From Waddliaceae bacterium (GTDB taxonomy: Bacteria > Chlamydiota > Chlamydiia > Chlamydiales > SLFE01): 64,000 bases of DNA. The position numbers and the translations under genes were made by a program. Under the pieces are notes generated by a model. The model did not search any database, was not told the origin of the DNA, and saw only the letters and a program-made list of their open reading frames with translations. How positions within the stretch are numbered: position 1 is the stretch's first letter; each line of letters opens with the position of its first letter. Shown here one piece after another: positions 35,753-45,923 of the stretch. Location of the stretch: NCBI GenBank assembly GCA_963783885.1, contig CAWAPJ010000025.1:1-64000 (forward strand). Reading direction: 5' to 3'.

Positions 35753-36939
35753 TGCCTCTTTATTACTACCAAGCGCTTGACGCCAAAGCTAAAAAAGAAA
35801 AAGGAGTGATCGAGGCTCAAAATGAAAAGGAGGCCAAACGAAAACTTCGCGACCGGGGACTTATGGTCAGCAGTCTTTCGACAAAAGTCAAAGTCTCCTC
35901 GAAAGAGAACCTCAAACCCGAAGCCCTTTTGACATTCACTATGCAGCTCTCGCAGCTGATCAATGCCGGCGTTCCCCTTTACCAGAGCCTTTTAGCCATA
36001 GAAGAGCAAAACAATAAAGAGCCTTATCACCGTATTTTGATCAGCCTTTGCGATCAGATCAAAGGGGGAAGCTCCCTTTCCGAAGCGATGCGCGCCTACC
36101 CGCGCAGTTTCAACCGCCTTTACACATCCCTCATTGCCGCCGGAGAAGCTTCGGGAGCTCTCGGCATGGTTCTCGAAAGATTAAGAGAGCTCTTTGCCAA
36201 GCAGATGAAACTGAAAAAAGACATCTCGACTGCCATGATTTATCCCTCGATTTTGGCAGGGTTTTCTCTTCTGGTTATTGGTCTGCTTCTCGGTTTTGTA
36301 GTCCCCTCGATTGAAGGGATTTTTGCCGACCGTAAACTTAACGGATTTACCCAATTTGTTTTGAACTTGAGTCATTTTTTCCGCGATTGGTGGATCGTGT
36401 ATCTCCCGCTCCTTATCGGCGCTGCAGGCTACGCTTATTGGCAATTCCGCACAGAGAAAGGGCGTATCAGGGTCGAGAAGCTGCTGATGAGAATTCCGAT
36501 CATTAACACTCTGATGATTCAGGCCGCTGTGGCCCGTTTTTCAAGAACCATGGCATCCCTGCAGCAGGGAGGCCTGACGCTTATCGAATCGCTCAGAATG
36601 TCTAGGGAGGTGCTAAACAACCGGCTGCTCGAAGGAGAAATGTCCGAGGCGGAAAAAAGCATCATTGACGGAAGTTCTCTTAGCGCCGAGGTCAAAAAAT
36701 CGCGCTACATTCCTTCGATGGTTTCCCGGATGCTCGCCATCGGAGAAGATTCAGGAAGCACTGTCGCCATGCTGAGCAGCATAGCCGATATGTACGAAGA
36801 GTCGCTCGACAAAACCTTAAGCCGCGTCGTCGCGCTTGCCCAGCCGGTCATCCTTATCATTATGGGAGGCATCATCGGCCTCGTCATGATGGCCATCCTC
36901 CTCCCCCTTTCGGACATCGCCTCATTTACAGCGGGTTAA
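35752..36939 (+). CDS. gspF: Type II secretion inner membrane platform protein
   Basis: QLSQLINAGVPL, AAGEASG, AMIYP and AIGEDSG motifs. Confidence 0.93.
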   Translation: MPLYYYQALDAKAKKEKGVIEAQNEKEAKRKLRDRGLMVSSLSTKVKVSSKENLKPEALLTFTMQLSQLINAGVPLYQSLLAIEEQNNKEPYHRILISLCDQIKGGSSLSEAMRAYPRSFNRLYTSLIAAGEASGALGMVLERLRELFAKQMKLKKDISTAMIYPSILAGFSLLVIGLLLGFVVPSIEGIFADRKLNGFTQFVLNLSHFFRDWWIVYLPLLIGAAGYAYWQFRTEKGRIRVEKLLMRIPIINTLMIQAAVARFSRTMASLQQGGLTLIESLRMSREVLNNRLLEGEMSEAEKSIIDGSSLSAEVKKSRYIPSMVSRMLAIGEDSGSTVAMLSSIADMYEESLDKTLSRVVALAQPVILIIMGGIIGLVMMAILLPLSDIASFTAG

Positions 36940-39900
36940 CGATTGGGGACGATAACGTAGAAGAATTTTCGCCCATCCGGCATTTTAGTACAGCCGATAT
37001 GAGCTGAAGGAGCGGTTCCTTTATGGTACTTGACCATGTACCAATTATTGTCCCTGCCAATGATGTGGATCTTGATTGTGCCGTCCGATGAAACATGAGC
37101 GCCGGTATGTTCTCTTCCGATCAAGATGAGTTCTTTTGCCCACTTTTTATGTTTGTCAGACTTGAGAGCATCCGGGATTTCCCCTCTCTTCACTGCCTCT
37201 CTGGCCTTGCGATTCATGTTGAGGACACCAAGGAACGAGCGGAAGGATTCATCCACCATCTTTGATGCGGCCCATTTTGCCGCTATGACCGTGGCGGCAA
37301 AGCCTTCGCCGGGAACAGCAAAATAGAACGCCTGCGATCGCTGGAAAGAGGGGATGGCTTGAGGGCAAGCGATCAGATCGCTATAGCCGATTTGGGGGAA
37401 TTTTGCTATTTTCTGCGGCTTTTCCGGAGAGATTTTGGCTTCGGGAGGTCTCTTTTGACCTTGCTTTGGATTTCTATTGGCAATGAGGGGGCCGCGGGGA
37501 GAGGGGTATTTCCGTTTTTTTGAAGCGACATCTTCCAGATTGATCGCTTCATCAGGAGTATCAGTCAGGGGATGAAGCCGCTCAAGAATTTTTATATAGG
37601 TATCTTTAGCTGTTGCCATTTCTTTAAGGACAGCAGATTCTATGGGACAGGGCGTATTCAGATTTATCTGTGCCGCGTTTTTATGGTCAAGAAATTGAAT
37701 GTGGGCTTTTTCGCATCTGAGAACCTTCAGGAATGTGCCTAGTGGATCCTGAGATTGTTTTTTCAGCAGATAGTCAAGCCAAATCCCTTTCTGTTGTCTC
37801 ATTAGCAGGGTATGGGTGTGCATGAAAGTGTCGAAGCTGACTTTGACTATCGCTTTCGTGCCGACAGTGTTCACGCGGGCAATTCTGGCTTCGGCCTGCG
37901 ATTCGATTCCAGGGTTGTAGCTTCCGGGTGTGAGGAAGATAATCATATCCCCTTCGGGAATATCGAGACCGACACCTCCTGATTGGAGAGTCAATATCAG
38001 AACTTTTGCTTTCTCGCCATCTCCTGATTTGAAGCGGTCCACCATAGCGTTTCTATCGGAGGCGGCCAGTCCTCCGTAGTAGTGAAGCACTTCGGGTTGA
38101 TGCTCATCAAACTGTTTTTCGATAATGGCTTTTGTCAGCTCTCCTGCCGCAACTAAGGTCGTGTAGATCAAAACCCGCTTTTTGTGCTGTATAGCCTGAT
38201 GGAATTGGGGGAGATGACACAGCGCCGAAGCACTTGGGAAATGATGGATGTGATTGTTTAGCCAGCCCGGGGTTTCAGTGATCTTTCTCATGAAGCCGGA
38301 GATTAAGCATTTGGATTCAAGACTGGTTATCTTGATATTTTCAAACTTATGGTGTATGAGCACCCTTTCGGTTTTTGAATTGCTGCTAAAAAGGCTAGCT
38401 TCATTCTTTTTGGCGGAGTCGCTGGCTTTTTTTATCGCCTCGAAAGCTTCTTGGGAAATTTTGTTAGAAAAGGTTTTGCTTGCGTCAATATCAAGACGGA
38501 CAACTTTGGGAACTCTTCCGTTCCAAGCGGCAGACACTTGCCGATCGTTCATATTTTTGACAATCACGAGCTTCTCAATCAGCGCCCTGAATGACTCGAA
38601 ATGAAAAAATCCAAAAAGAATGTCTTGCGGCTTGCTGTTTTTGTCATAAGCGATCATAGCTTTTTGCCAAAACAAGTTCATCGCCTCTTTAGCGTTGTCG
38701 GTAAAGATGTCGGTATTGCAGACTGCCATCAGCTCCCACAGTTCATCATAGTTGTTTTCGAAAGGGGTTCCTGTCGAACAGAGTCTTCGAAGATGGGGAT
38801 TTGTTTGTTGAAGGCGTGTTAAGACACTTTTAGCTTTTTTATTTGTTTCATTACCTGCTGTATGGAGCGCCTGGGCTTCATCGAAAACAACAGTGTCGAC
38901 CTTCAAATAGCTTAGCTTGTCGGCCAACCATCCACGCCCTGTTATCATGGGATAGGTGGCGACATAAATTTGATGATTGCCTCTCGCAAGCGGGAGTCTT
39001 CGCTGCTCGTCAAGATTGACAATGTCTTCGGAGTTGAAATTCAGAAGAGCATAAATTGTCTTTGAGTCGATCGGTTTTATTTCTGCAGGCAGATCATCAG
39101 CTAAGTTCAGCTGTTTGAGGATATCGGCATTCACCGACCTTTCAAGAAATTTTCTTCTCTCACTAACAAAAGGATGGCGGCGGGCAAGGTCAAGTCCCTT
39201 ATCCAGATTTTCTCCACTTTTTAAAGAGGGAATAATCAACCTGTTCCAGATGAGTTCGAGGATTTTGTTCTCGTATTCGTTCAACTCCAGATAACTTCTG
39301 CTAGCATTGAATTGGGCTGTCAATAGATAATTTTTCATGTTGCGCGCGGTTTGAACGGCGATGCTCTTGGGCACAACGATGAGATGGCAGCTCGATTCGC
39401 TTTTTACTGACTTTTCGAGAAGCGCGGCGGCGATGGTGATGGTCTTGCCAAGACCCATCTGGAAGGCGAGAATGGGACTTAAGCCTTTGTGCCACAGTCT
39501 CAAGATGTCCTGGACCCCTTCTTGCTGATAAGATTTCAACCCCAAGGGCACTTTGAGTTTTTGTTTTGGAGGGAGGAGGTTTAGGGCTGCTGTTTTTATC
39601 GGAAAAAGTTTTGCGTTCTTCTTGAACAAGAATCCGTATTTGTTCAGCTTGTTAAGGAAAGATTTTAACGCGTTTAAGGAATCGCTTTTATAGAAATTGT
39701 TTCCCCATCTTTCGTTTCGAGAGCTCAAAGAAAGAGAACTTTCTGAACTCTGACGATTTTTTGGGGACGTAAGGATCTCTTTTACCGTTTGAAACGAACC
39801 GAATCGGGCTCCGTCGCCGAAGTCTAATCCCTCGGCGATCTGCTCCCATCCAGGAGCGATGAGGCTCCTTTTCAGCAATAAGAAAGGGAGGTCGTCATTG

Positions 39901-42900
39901 GCCCCTTCTATCGTTGTTCGGAGGCATTTCATTTGGTCTTTGTTGATTTTATACAAGGTGGTTTTTAATTCCAGATCGTCTGTGCTGCTTGTTGGATGCC
40001 CTGCATAGGATATTAGGGTTTTTAATGACTCCTTATTGAAATCTTTTAAATACATGACAGGGTGGTTCCATTCATTTAGGACCACTTGCAATGGAAGGAT
40101 CATAATGCCGTCTTGATCCTGCATCGTGTAAAATACCGGAAGTAAACTGCAGCATGGGTTGTTAATCGATGATTCTTTAGAGATTTCTTTTTTGAATCTG
40201 ACTGAACGGTATCTGAGGTATCTCATTCTCTGTTGAATGACCGAGTGGGAAATTTCAAAAAGTACCTCCGAGTTTAGTATCAATTTTCTTGGGTCGGTGC
40301 CTGTTTTCTTTTTGAGAAACGCGATGACGTTATTTTTGACACTTTGGTTGTGTTTGAAAACTTGATAATAAGCATCAGTTTGCACTGCATTCGGGAAGGC
40401 AGCGCCAAACATGATCATAACATCCCGCTTAACTGAATCCATCAATTCCACATTCATGCCATGCTGAAATGGCTTCGGAGCGATTATTTGGAAATGATCA
40501 TTCGGAAACTCCAGGTAGCCTTCGCTTCTTTGATAGCTTTTCGATAGATACTCATAATGATTTTCCATATTCATTTTGAGGTGCTTGAAATAATTGGAAT
40601 AAACTGTAGAAATTCGAAATTTATCACTTTCTAGTTGTCTATGGAAATTGATCATGCGATGAGTGCCGCGGCGTAAAATATCACCCCATCCGATAGGAGT
40701 ACTATCGTCTGATAAGTCATATAACTTCCGTGTATTCAAGATGAATTTATCAGTGATATCTTTTTGCTTGTGCTTGCTTAGCATGATTTGCAGTTGTTTA
40801 AAATAATGGCGGCTATTGTTGGAGTAAAGATCGCTTTGATTGATCTTTGTTAAAAGGGCAAGCCATGATTGATGCTGCTCTTTTGTTAATGCGACCTTCT
40901 TCTTGAATTTGAGCTGCACCAGTGCAAAGAAATCGATAAAATGAATATTTTTGTTTTCGCAAATCCCTTCAATTGTAAGAAGGCAGGAATCAGGTGCATT
41001 GATAAAATTATTCTCATGTATGTATTTGTCTTTTCTGATAGAATCAAGGAATTCAAAAAATGTTTTCTTTCTGTTTTCATCGACTTCAAGGATACAAGGT
41101 TTTGTCCAAGTTAAAGAGCGCACCACAAGCTTCCAACGGCCATTTTGCCTATTTTCAAAGCAGCTGATTCCTATTGGGTGATAGGGGAACGGTAAATAAT
41201 GATATTCATCGGGAAGAGATTCATCGGCGCATTTTTCCTCAAAAATTCCGTTTTGGATGTCTAATCTGACATCCAATCCCTCCTTATGCCAACGTAATTT
41301 AGGGACATTTTTTTCTATCAGTGTTTTGCATACAGCAATTGCTTCAGGGTGTTTTTCAGTAAACCCCTGATAAAAAAGCGGCACAGGCCTTAAGAATGTA
41401 ATCGGCGATTTGTGAGAGAGAGCCTCTTCGGGAATGCGGGATAAGATTTCTAAGGCCGAACAGTAGAATCCCTTAACGAGGGCTCTGCTTAAAATATCGC
41501 ACTGATCTTGATAACTAAACAGGGTCAAAACACTGCTCTTGCAAACGGCTAATTTTTGAAGAAGCGCCTCATCGTTTTGGGCATTCAGACAGACCTTCAA
41601 GAGGGAAAAGTTTTTGTTGTGAAATTTCTCGAAGTCGAAGATGTATTGTTTGAGAGAAATCTTCCAGGAAAAATCTTTTTTGCTATAGGGATATTTTTTG
41701 AGGAGGGCCTGAGCCGCATTGTAGCCGAGTCCCTTTTCGATCAGCTTTTCTTTAATCCTTTGACTTTTTAAAGCAAAAGGGATAATGGCAGCAGAGAGAT
41801 TTTCTTTATCTTCGCACCACTCAGACAATGCGGTATTGAACAGTTGCCATTCCCGGTCCGTTCCTTCTCTTCTGATAAAAATTTTCGAGAGACTGAAAAC
41901 GGTAGCGAAATTCTTCCACTTGATCAGGGAGCAGTGAATTTGTGTCACTGGTTCTAGACCGAGAATATAGTAAGGAGTTATCGAATCGAAAGAGGTGCTT
42001 TCTTTTCTTATGGTCATAGTTAGGGGTGTATAAAATCCTTCCTGAAGATAAGGAAGAGTCTCTTTTAATTCCTCCAATTCTCTTATTGCCTGTGCCCATT
42101 TTTGCAGTGTGTGCTCTCCGATCGGAATATTTCGTTTTTGTACCCATTGTATCCCTGCTGCGAGGCACTTCAGACCGGTGTCCACAACTTTTTCGACAAA
42201 ATAAAATTCTTTTTCAATTATTCTCTGATAGCTTTTTTTTGATTTGTAATCGTCGATCAAATTGAGAAGCTGGTCAGGATCAAACATAGTGAGTCCTATA
42301 GCGCGGCCCCCATGCATTTCCCATGGCAGAAATACAAAATTGTAATTATCAACACTAAACTTCATGCTCCCAAGACTTAATTTTGAATCCACGTGAAGTG
42401 CTTTGATATTTTTAAAAGTTTTATCGTCGGTTTTTATGGCGATAGGAGTTTTAAAAGCCGGCGATTCAATAATGGCGATTCCTTGTTTACTAAGCTCTCT
42501 GGCTAAAAAAAAGAGCCCCCTTCCTCTGGGACTGACGGCTTTATCTTTGTAAGGAAAAATATTGAAAATTTCAGGTACCAGCTGAAGGTCCCCATTTTTG
42601 TCTTGTATATATAGAGTCGCGCCTTTGATCAGCAAAAGATTGACGATATTGATAGTAGAATATTTTGGCTCATTTTGATCTAAAAGTTTCTCCAAGGCTA
42701 AGGGGAGCGGTTTGGGGGCTCCTGCAGATTGATCGGGATCGACCCCTTTCTCGAGAAGATAGGAAACGGCTTGTTCCGAGTCGATCTTGACAGCGTGGAC
42801 CAGAAGGGTTGAATTTCCGCAGCCAAAATCTGCGTTGATTTGACCGGTTTCTATCAGATTTTTAATATTTTCAAAAAAAAGTTGAGGGTCTTTGTATTCA

Positions 42901-43082
42901 AATATGTTTAATGGGTTAAAACTTGGGGGAGGAGGAATCGTGAGTTCCGAAATCGGTGCATTATCCGGCTCATCGGATACGCTAAAAAAGTTTAATAACT
43001 CCTCATTGGTGATCTCTTGATCAAAATTCAATCCACTGTGCTTCCAGAAATCTAAATAACTATAATTATTTGTTGGATTCAT
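36936..43082 (-). CDS. 2048-aa protein with N-terminal ankyrin-like segment and C-terminal SNF2-family ATPase
   Basis: TLLVHAVK...VSYLLEKGVDPD (ankyrin-like); LKSYQQEGV, QMGLGKT, VFDEAQ, TGTPFEN, GGVGLDI and QAEARIAR SNF2 motifs. Confidence 0.8.
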   Translation of the reverse strand: MNPTNNYSYLDFWKHSGLNFDQEITNEELLNFFSVSDEPDNAPISELTIPPPPSFNPLNIFEYKDPQLFFENIKNLIETGQINADFGCGNSTLLVHAVKIDSEQAVSYLLEKGVDPDQSAGAPKPLPLALEKLLDQNEPKYSTINIVNLLLIKGATLYIQDKNGDLQLVPEIFNIFPYKDKAVSPRGRGLFFLARELSKQGIAIIESPAFKTPIAIKTDDKTFKNIKALHVDSKLSLGSMKFSVDNYNFVFLPWEMHGGRAIGLTMFDPDQLLNLIDDYKSKKSYQRIIEKEFYFVEKVVDTGLKCLAAGIQWVQKRNIPIGEHTLQKWAQAIRELEELKETLPYLQEGFYTPLTMTIRKESTSFDSITPYYILGLEPVTQIHCSLIKWKNFATVFSLSKIFIRREGTDREWQLFNTALSEWCEDKENLSAAIIPFALKSQRIKEKLIEKGLGYNAAQALLKKYPYSKKDFSWKISLKQYIFDFEKFHNKNFSLLKVCLNAQNDEALLQKLAVCKSSVLTLFSYQDQCDILSRALVKGFYCSALEILSRIPEEALSHKSPITFLRPVPLFYQGFTEKHPEAIAVCKTLIEKNVPKLRWHKEGLDVRLDIQNGIFEEKCADESLPDEYHYLPFPYHPIGISCFENRQNGRWKLVVRSLTWTKPCILEVDENRKKTFFEFLDSIRKDKYIHENNFINAPDSCLLTIEGICENKNIHFIDFFALVQLKFKKKVALTKEQHQSWLALLTKINQSDLYSNNSRHYFKQLQIMLSKHKQKDITDKFILNTRKLYDLSDDSTPIGWGDILRRGTHRMINFHRQLESDKFRISTVYSNYFKHLKMNMENHYEYLSKSYQRSEGYLEFPNDHFQIIAPKPFQHGMNVELMDSVKRDVMIMFGAAFPNAVQTDAYYQVFKHNQSVKNNVIAFLKKKTGTDPRKLILNSEVLFEISHSVIQQRMRYLRYRSVRFKKEISKESSINNPCCSLLPVFYTMQDQDGIMILPLQVVLNEWNHPVMYLKDFNKESLKTLISYAGHPTSSTDDLELKTTLYKINKDQMKCLRTTIEGANDDLPFLLLKRSLIAPGWEQIAEGLDFGDGARFGSFQTVKEILTSPKNRQSSESSLSLSSRNERWGNNFYKSDSLNALKSFLNKLNKYGFLFKKNAKLFPIKTAALNLLPPKQKLKVPLGLKSYQQEGVQDILRLWHKGLSPILAFQMGLGKTITIAAALLEKSVKSESSCHLIVVPKSIAVQTARNMKNYLLTAQFNASRSYLELNEYENKILELIWNRLIIPSLKSGENLDKGLDLARRHPFVSERRKFLERSVNADILKQLNLADDLPAEIKPIDSKTIYALLNFNSEDIVNLDEQRRLPLARGNHQIYVATYPMITGRGWLADKLSYLKVDTVVFDEAQALHTAGNETNKKAKSVLTRLQQTNPHLRRLCSTGTPFENNYDELWELMAVCNTDIFTDNAKEAMNLFWQKAMIAYDKNSKPQDILFGFFHFESFRALIEKLVIVKNMNDRQVSAAWNGRVPKVVRLDIDASKTFSNKISQEAFEAIKKASDSAKKNEASLFSSNSKTERVLIHHKFENIKITSLESKCLISGFMRKITETPGWLNNHIHHFPSASALCHLPQFHQAIQHKKRVLIYTTLVAAGELTKAIIEKQFDEHQPEVLHYYGGLAASDRNAMVDRFKSGDGEKAKVLILTLQSGGVGLDIPEGDMIIFLTPGSYNPGIESQAEARIARVNTVGTKAIVKVSFDTFMHTHTLLMRQQKGIWLDYLLKKQSQDPLGTFLKVLRCEKAHIQFLDHKNAAQINLNTPCPIESAVLKEMATAKDTYIKILERLHPLTDTPDEAINLEDVASKKRKYPSPRGPLIANRNPKQGQKRPPEAKISPEKPQKIAKFPQIGYSDLIACPQAIPSFQRSQAFYFAVPGEGFAATVIAAKWAASKMVDESFRSFLGVLNMNRKAREAVKRGEIPDALKSDKHKKWAKELILIGREHTGAHVSSDGTIKIHIIGRDNNWYMVKYHKGTAPSAHIGCTKMPDGRKFFYVIVPNR

Positions 43083-43219
43083 GATACTGTATTTTTATAA
43101 TGTAAAAAATAATAATATCATATTATTGAATTAATGTAATTAAAATTTACAGTATCTTAATAAAATGATTTCTAGAAAAGAATGGGGTTTGATGTAAGAT
43201 TCAGCAATGGTGATTGTGT

Positions 43220-43636
43220 TTAGTTATCGACTGCTTTTTGCCATTTAAAAAATTTATTTACTACATCTTGAACGCACCCTTCATATTTTTTTTGGATTTT
43301 GGAATTTTTACGCCAGTTCCAAGCTTCTACCTCTTCTGCAAATTCACTTTTAACCATTACCTTTCTGCACTTAAGGTTGAACTCTCCGACATATTGTAAA
43401 AGTTTTCCGGGTTTTATAAATCCACTTTTATAAATAGGAATTGGCGCATTGCCTGATTCTACATTTCCCGGGTTCTTCACAATGATTTCAAGGACGGTAT
43501 TATATGAAGGAAGAAACAGAAATCCGAAATCATAAAGAAATTCATCATCAAAGCTTTCGCTAATTGTGTAGAGATGGGCTTGAGTTGTTTTGTCATTGGG
43601 GGACATTGGAATAGGATCGACTTTCAGATGATGCAT
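43220..43636 (-). CDS. Hypothetical protein
   Basis: 138-aa ORF with GAGG SD upstream. Confidence 0.55.
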   Translation of the reverse strand: MHHLKVDPIPMSPNDKTTQAHLYTISESFDDEFLYDFGFLFLPSYNTVLEIIVKNPGNVESGNAPIPIYKSGFIKPGKLLQYVGEFNLKCRKVMVKSEFAEEVEAWNWRKNSKIQKKYEGCVQDVVNKFFKWQKAVDN

Positions 43637-43815
43637 AATGGCTCCTATTTTTTGAATTTAAGCAAGAGTATATATAGAAAAAAATATTTGACAATGGAAG
43701 GATGTTCGAGCAGAAAAACAGATAAATTAAAGTTTGTCTTACATATAAGATATTTATAAAAAACCCGAGATAGTGTATAATTAAACTTTCTCATTTAATT
43801 AAGAGGTATTTCACT

Positions 43816-44217
43816 ATGAAGAAAGTCGTTAAAAGATTTGTCACCCTCATTGAAATGATGATCGTTATGTTTTTAATCGCGCTCATCATCGGCGTCGTGG
43901 CATATAACTATCAGGGAACCCTTGAAGAAGGGAAGGCCTTCAAAACAAAGGCCGGAAAGGAGAAGCTCGAAACAATTCTTAATCTCGTTGTATCGGAAAA
44001 ACCCGAAGCCGAAGACGATATTGAAATTAGGTGGACCGATTATGTCAAAGCCTCGCCGCTTGTTCAAAATGCCGATGCATTGATGAAAGACGGTTGGGGA
44101 CAAAAATACGTTGTGAAATATGATGACGGGAAGATAAAAGTTTCATCCAGGCGCTACGAGGAATACAAAAAGAAGAATCCCGCGACGATGTTCAGTGATA
44201 ATACTGAGAAAGAATGA
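43816..44217 (+). CDS. gspG: Major pseudopilin-like protein
   Basis: KRFVTLIEMMIVMFLIALI N-terminus and KDGWGQKY (DPWG-like) motif. Confidence 0.8.
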   Translation: MKKVVKRFVTLIEMMIVMFLIALIIGVVAYNYQGTLEEGKAFKTKAGKEKLETILNLVVSEKPEAEDDIEIRWTDYVKASPLVQNADALMKDGWGQKYVVKYDDGKIKVSSRRYEEYKKKNPATMFSDNTEKE

Positions 44218-44792
44218 TGATCCGTAAAAAATTCTTTACAATGGTGGAGGTGCTGATCGTTTTGGCCATCCTGACTCTTGTGGCAGGCGCCGCAGGGTAC
44301 AACGTTTTGAAGATGCGCCAGCAGCAGCAATTCCAAGCGGGAACCGTCAGGGTAGAACAGAAACTTCAGGCGGCTCTGGAAACCATGTTGATTCATCATA
44401 ATAATGTCCGCGTGGTCTTTGACGGGGAAGGGAAAAAGCTGAAAGTTACAGCCGAGACTGAAACTCCTCTGGAAAGAGGGATAGCAAAGCTTCTCGTTGC
44501 CAATCCGGTCATCGAAGGAGTCAGCCGGTCGGTTTGGGAGCCTTACGGCGGCCAGCGGCCAAGCGGAAAGCCGATTCTGTTCTTCTCTGCGGCGTCCGGA
44601 GCCATTCCAAAGGGCACCCTCTATCTCTTAGGCCGGGATGCCTCTGACAGAAAATCGATCGTGCTGAAAGGATATCCGCACCCGATTAAAGTCACAGATG
44701 ATGAGGTTTATGAACCGGGAGAGGAGTTTGCAAGCGAAGACATGTATCCTAAAGAAGTTCGTCAGCTTTGGAGATCGGAAATTAAGCAGTGA
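44214..44792 (+). CDS. Minor pseudopilin (GspH-like)
   Basis: KKFFTMVEVLIVLAIL prepilin-like N-terminus; coupled to gspG. Confidence 0.75.
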   Translation: MMIRKKFFTMVEVLIVLAILTLVAGAAGYNVLKMRQQQQFQAGTVRVEQKLQAALETMLIHHNNVRVVFDGEGKKLKVTAETETPLERGIAKLLVANPVIEGVSRSVWEPYGGQRPSGKPILFFSAASGAIPKGTLYLLGRDASDRKSIVLKGYPHPIKVTDDEVYEPGEEFASEDMYPKEVRQLWRSEIKQ

Positions 44793-45247
44793 AAATTAAA
44801 AAAAGACACATCCTTTTACTTGAAGTTTTGATCGCCCTTGTCCTGGTGTCCCTTTGCGCTTTTCCGCTTCTTGCCCCTCATTTTATGATGATTAATCAGG
44901 AAAAACTTCTGCTCGGCGAAATCGAAGCGGATCGTTTGGCCAACGTGGTTTTTGTCAACATCGCAGAAAAGATGTACACCGGAGAAATATCTCTGGAAGC
45001 GCTAAGCAGCCGGGAATCCAGAAGGGTGGATGGAGCTTTGCTAAGCGGAATCGACATTCCTTTGCATTGGCCTTATGAGATGACCTATCATTTTGACGAT
45101 CCACAAGTCAAACCTGATAAAGAAAATCCCCGGTTCGGTCTTTTTCCATTATGGATTGAAATGACGCCAAAAAAAGGAAAGCCGATCAAAGTGTTTTATG
45201 AAGTTTTTGTGGAAATGTCAGAGGCAGGTGATAAACATGCAGGCTAA
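44789..45247 (+). CDS. Minor pseudopilin (GspI-like)
   Basis: KKRHILLLEVLIALVL N-terminus; GTG start overlapping the upstream stop. Confidence 0.7.
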   Translation: MKIKKRHILLLEVLIALVLVSLCAFPLLAPHFMMINQEKLLLGEIEADRLANVVFVNIAEKMYTGEISLEALSSRESRRVDGALLSGIDIPLHWPYEMTYHFDDPQVKPDKENPRFGLFPLWIEMTPKKGKPIKVFYEVFVEMSEAGDKHAG

Positions 45248-45923
45248 AAAACGCTTTGTCACATTGCTTGAACTGCTGATTGCTCTTAGTTTGACTGCGG
45301 TTTTACTTGCGGCGCTACTTGGGTATTATCAGCAGGCGTCCTATGCCCAGCTTGAAGTCCATAAAAAGCAGGAGAAAAATTTTGAGCTTCTTTACGCCCA
45401 ATACCGCTTGAACCGCATCATTCCGACAATATTGAATCCCTCTCATCAGAATAATAAAAAGTTGGGAATTTTCTTTTACACAAAACCGGCCGAGACGCCT
45501 CGGGAAAGGTCCGGAAGCCTGATTTTCGATTATGATAACGGCACAGGGGCCGGATCGTTGTTTTCAAACGAGGTCTTGGCAAAGCTTTTTGTGGACAAGG
45601 ATGGGCAGCTCACGCTTCTGACCTGGCCCATTCCGAAGCGCTTTGAGGATCCAGAACCTCCCATGAGGCAGGAGGTGCTTCTATCCAATGTCGAAGATAT
45701 AAAATTTTGGTTTTACCGACCGGTTCCCAGAAATAAAAAAGGACTGGAAATCAACCCTGAAGCAAAAACCGGAGACTATAATCAGTGGTTTTCCGAATGG
45801 CCGGTTGAAGAGAGGGAGCTGCCTGCTCTCCTAAAAATAGTTGTGGCCATGAAAGGCAAAGAAGAGCCGGTCGTGTACGCGTTTATGCTGCCCAACGCCT
45901 CGGAGCATATTTTTTACCCATGA
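45237..45923 (+). CDS. Minor pseudopilin (GspJ-like)
   Basis: KKRFVTLLELLIALSL N-terminus; ATG 45237 after GAGGCAGG. Confidence 0.75.
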   Translation: MQAKKRFVTLLELLIALSLTAVLLAALLGYYQQASYAQLEVHKKQEKNFELLYAQYRLNRIIPTILNPSHQNNKKLGIFFYTKPAETPRERSGSLIFDYDNGTGAGSLFSNEVLAKLFVDKDGQLTLLTWPIPKRFEDPEPPMRQEVLLSNVEDIKFWFYRPVPRNKKGLEINPEAKTGDYNQWFSEWPVEERELPALLKIVVAMKGKEEPVVYAFMLPNASEHIFYP

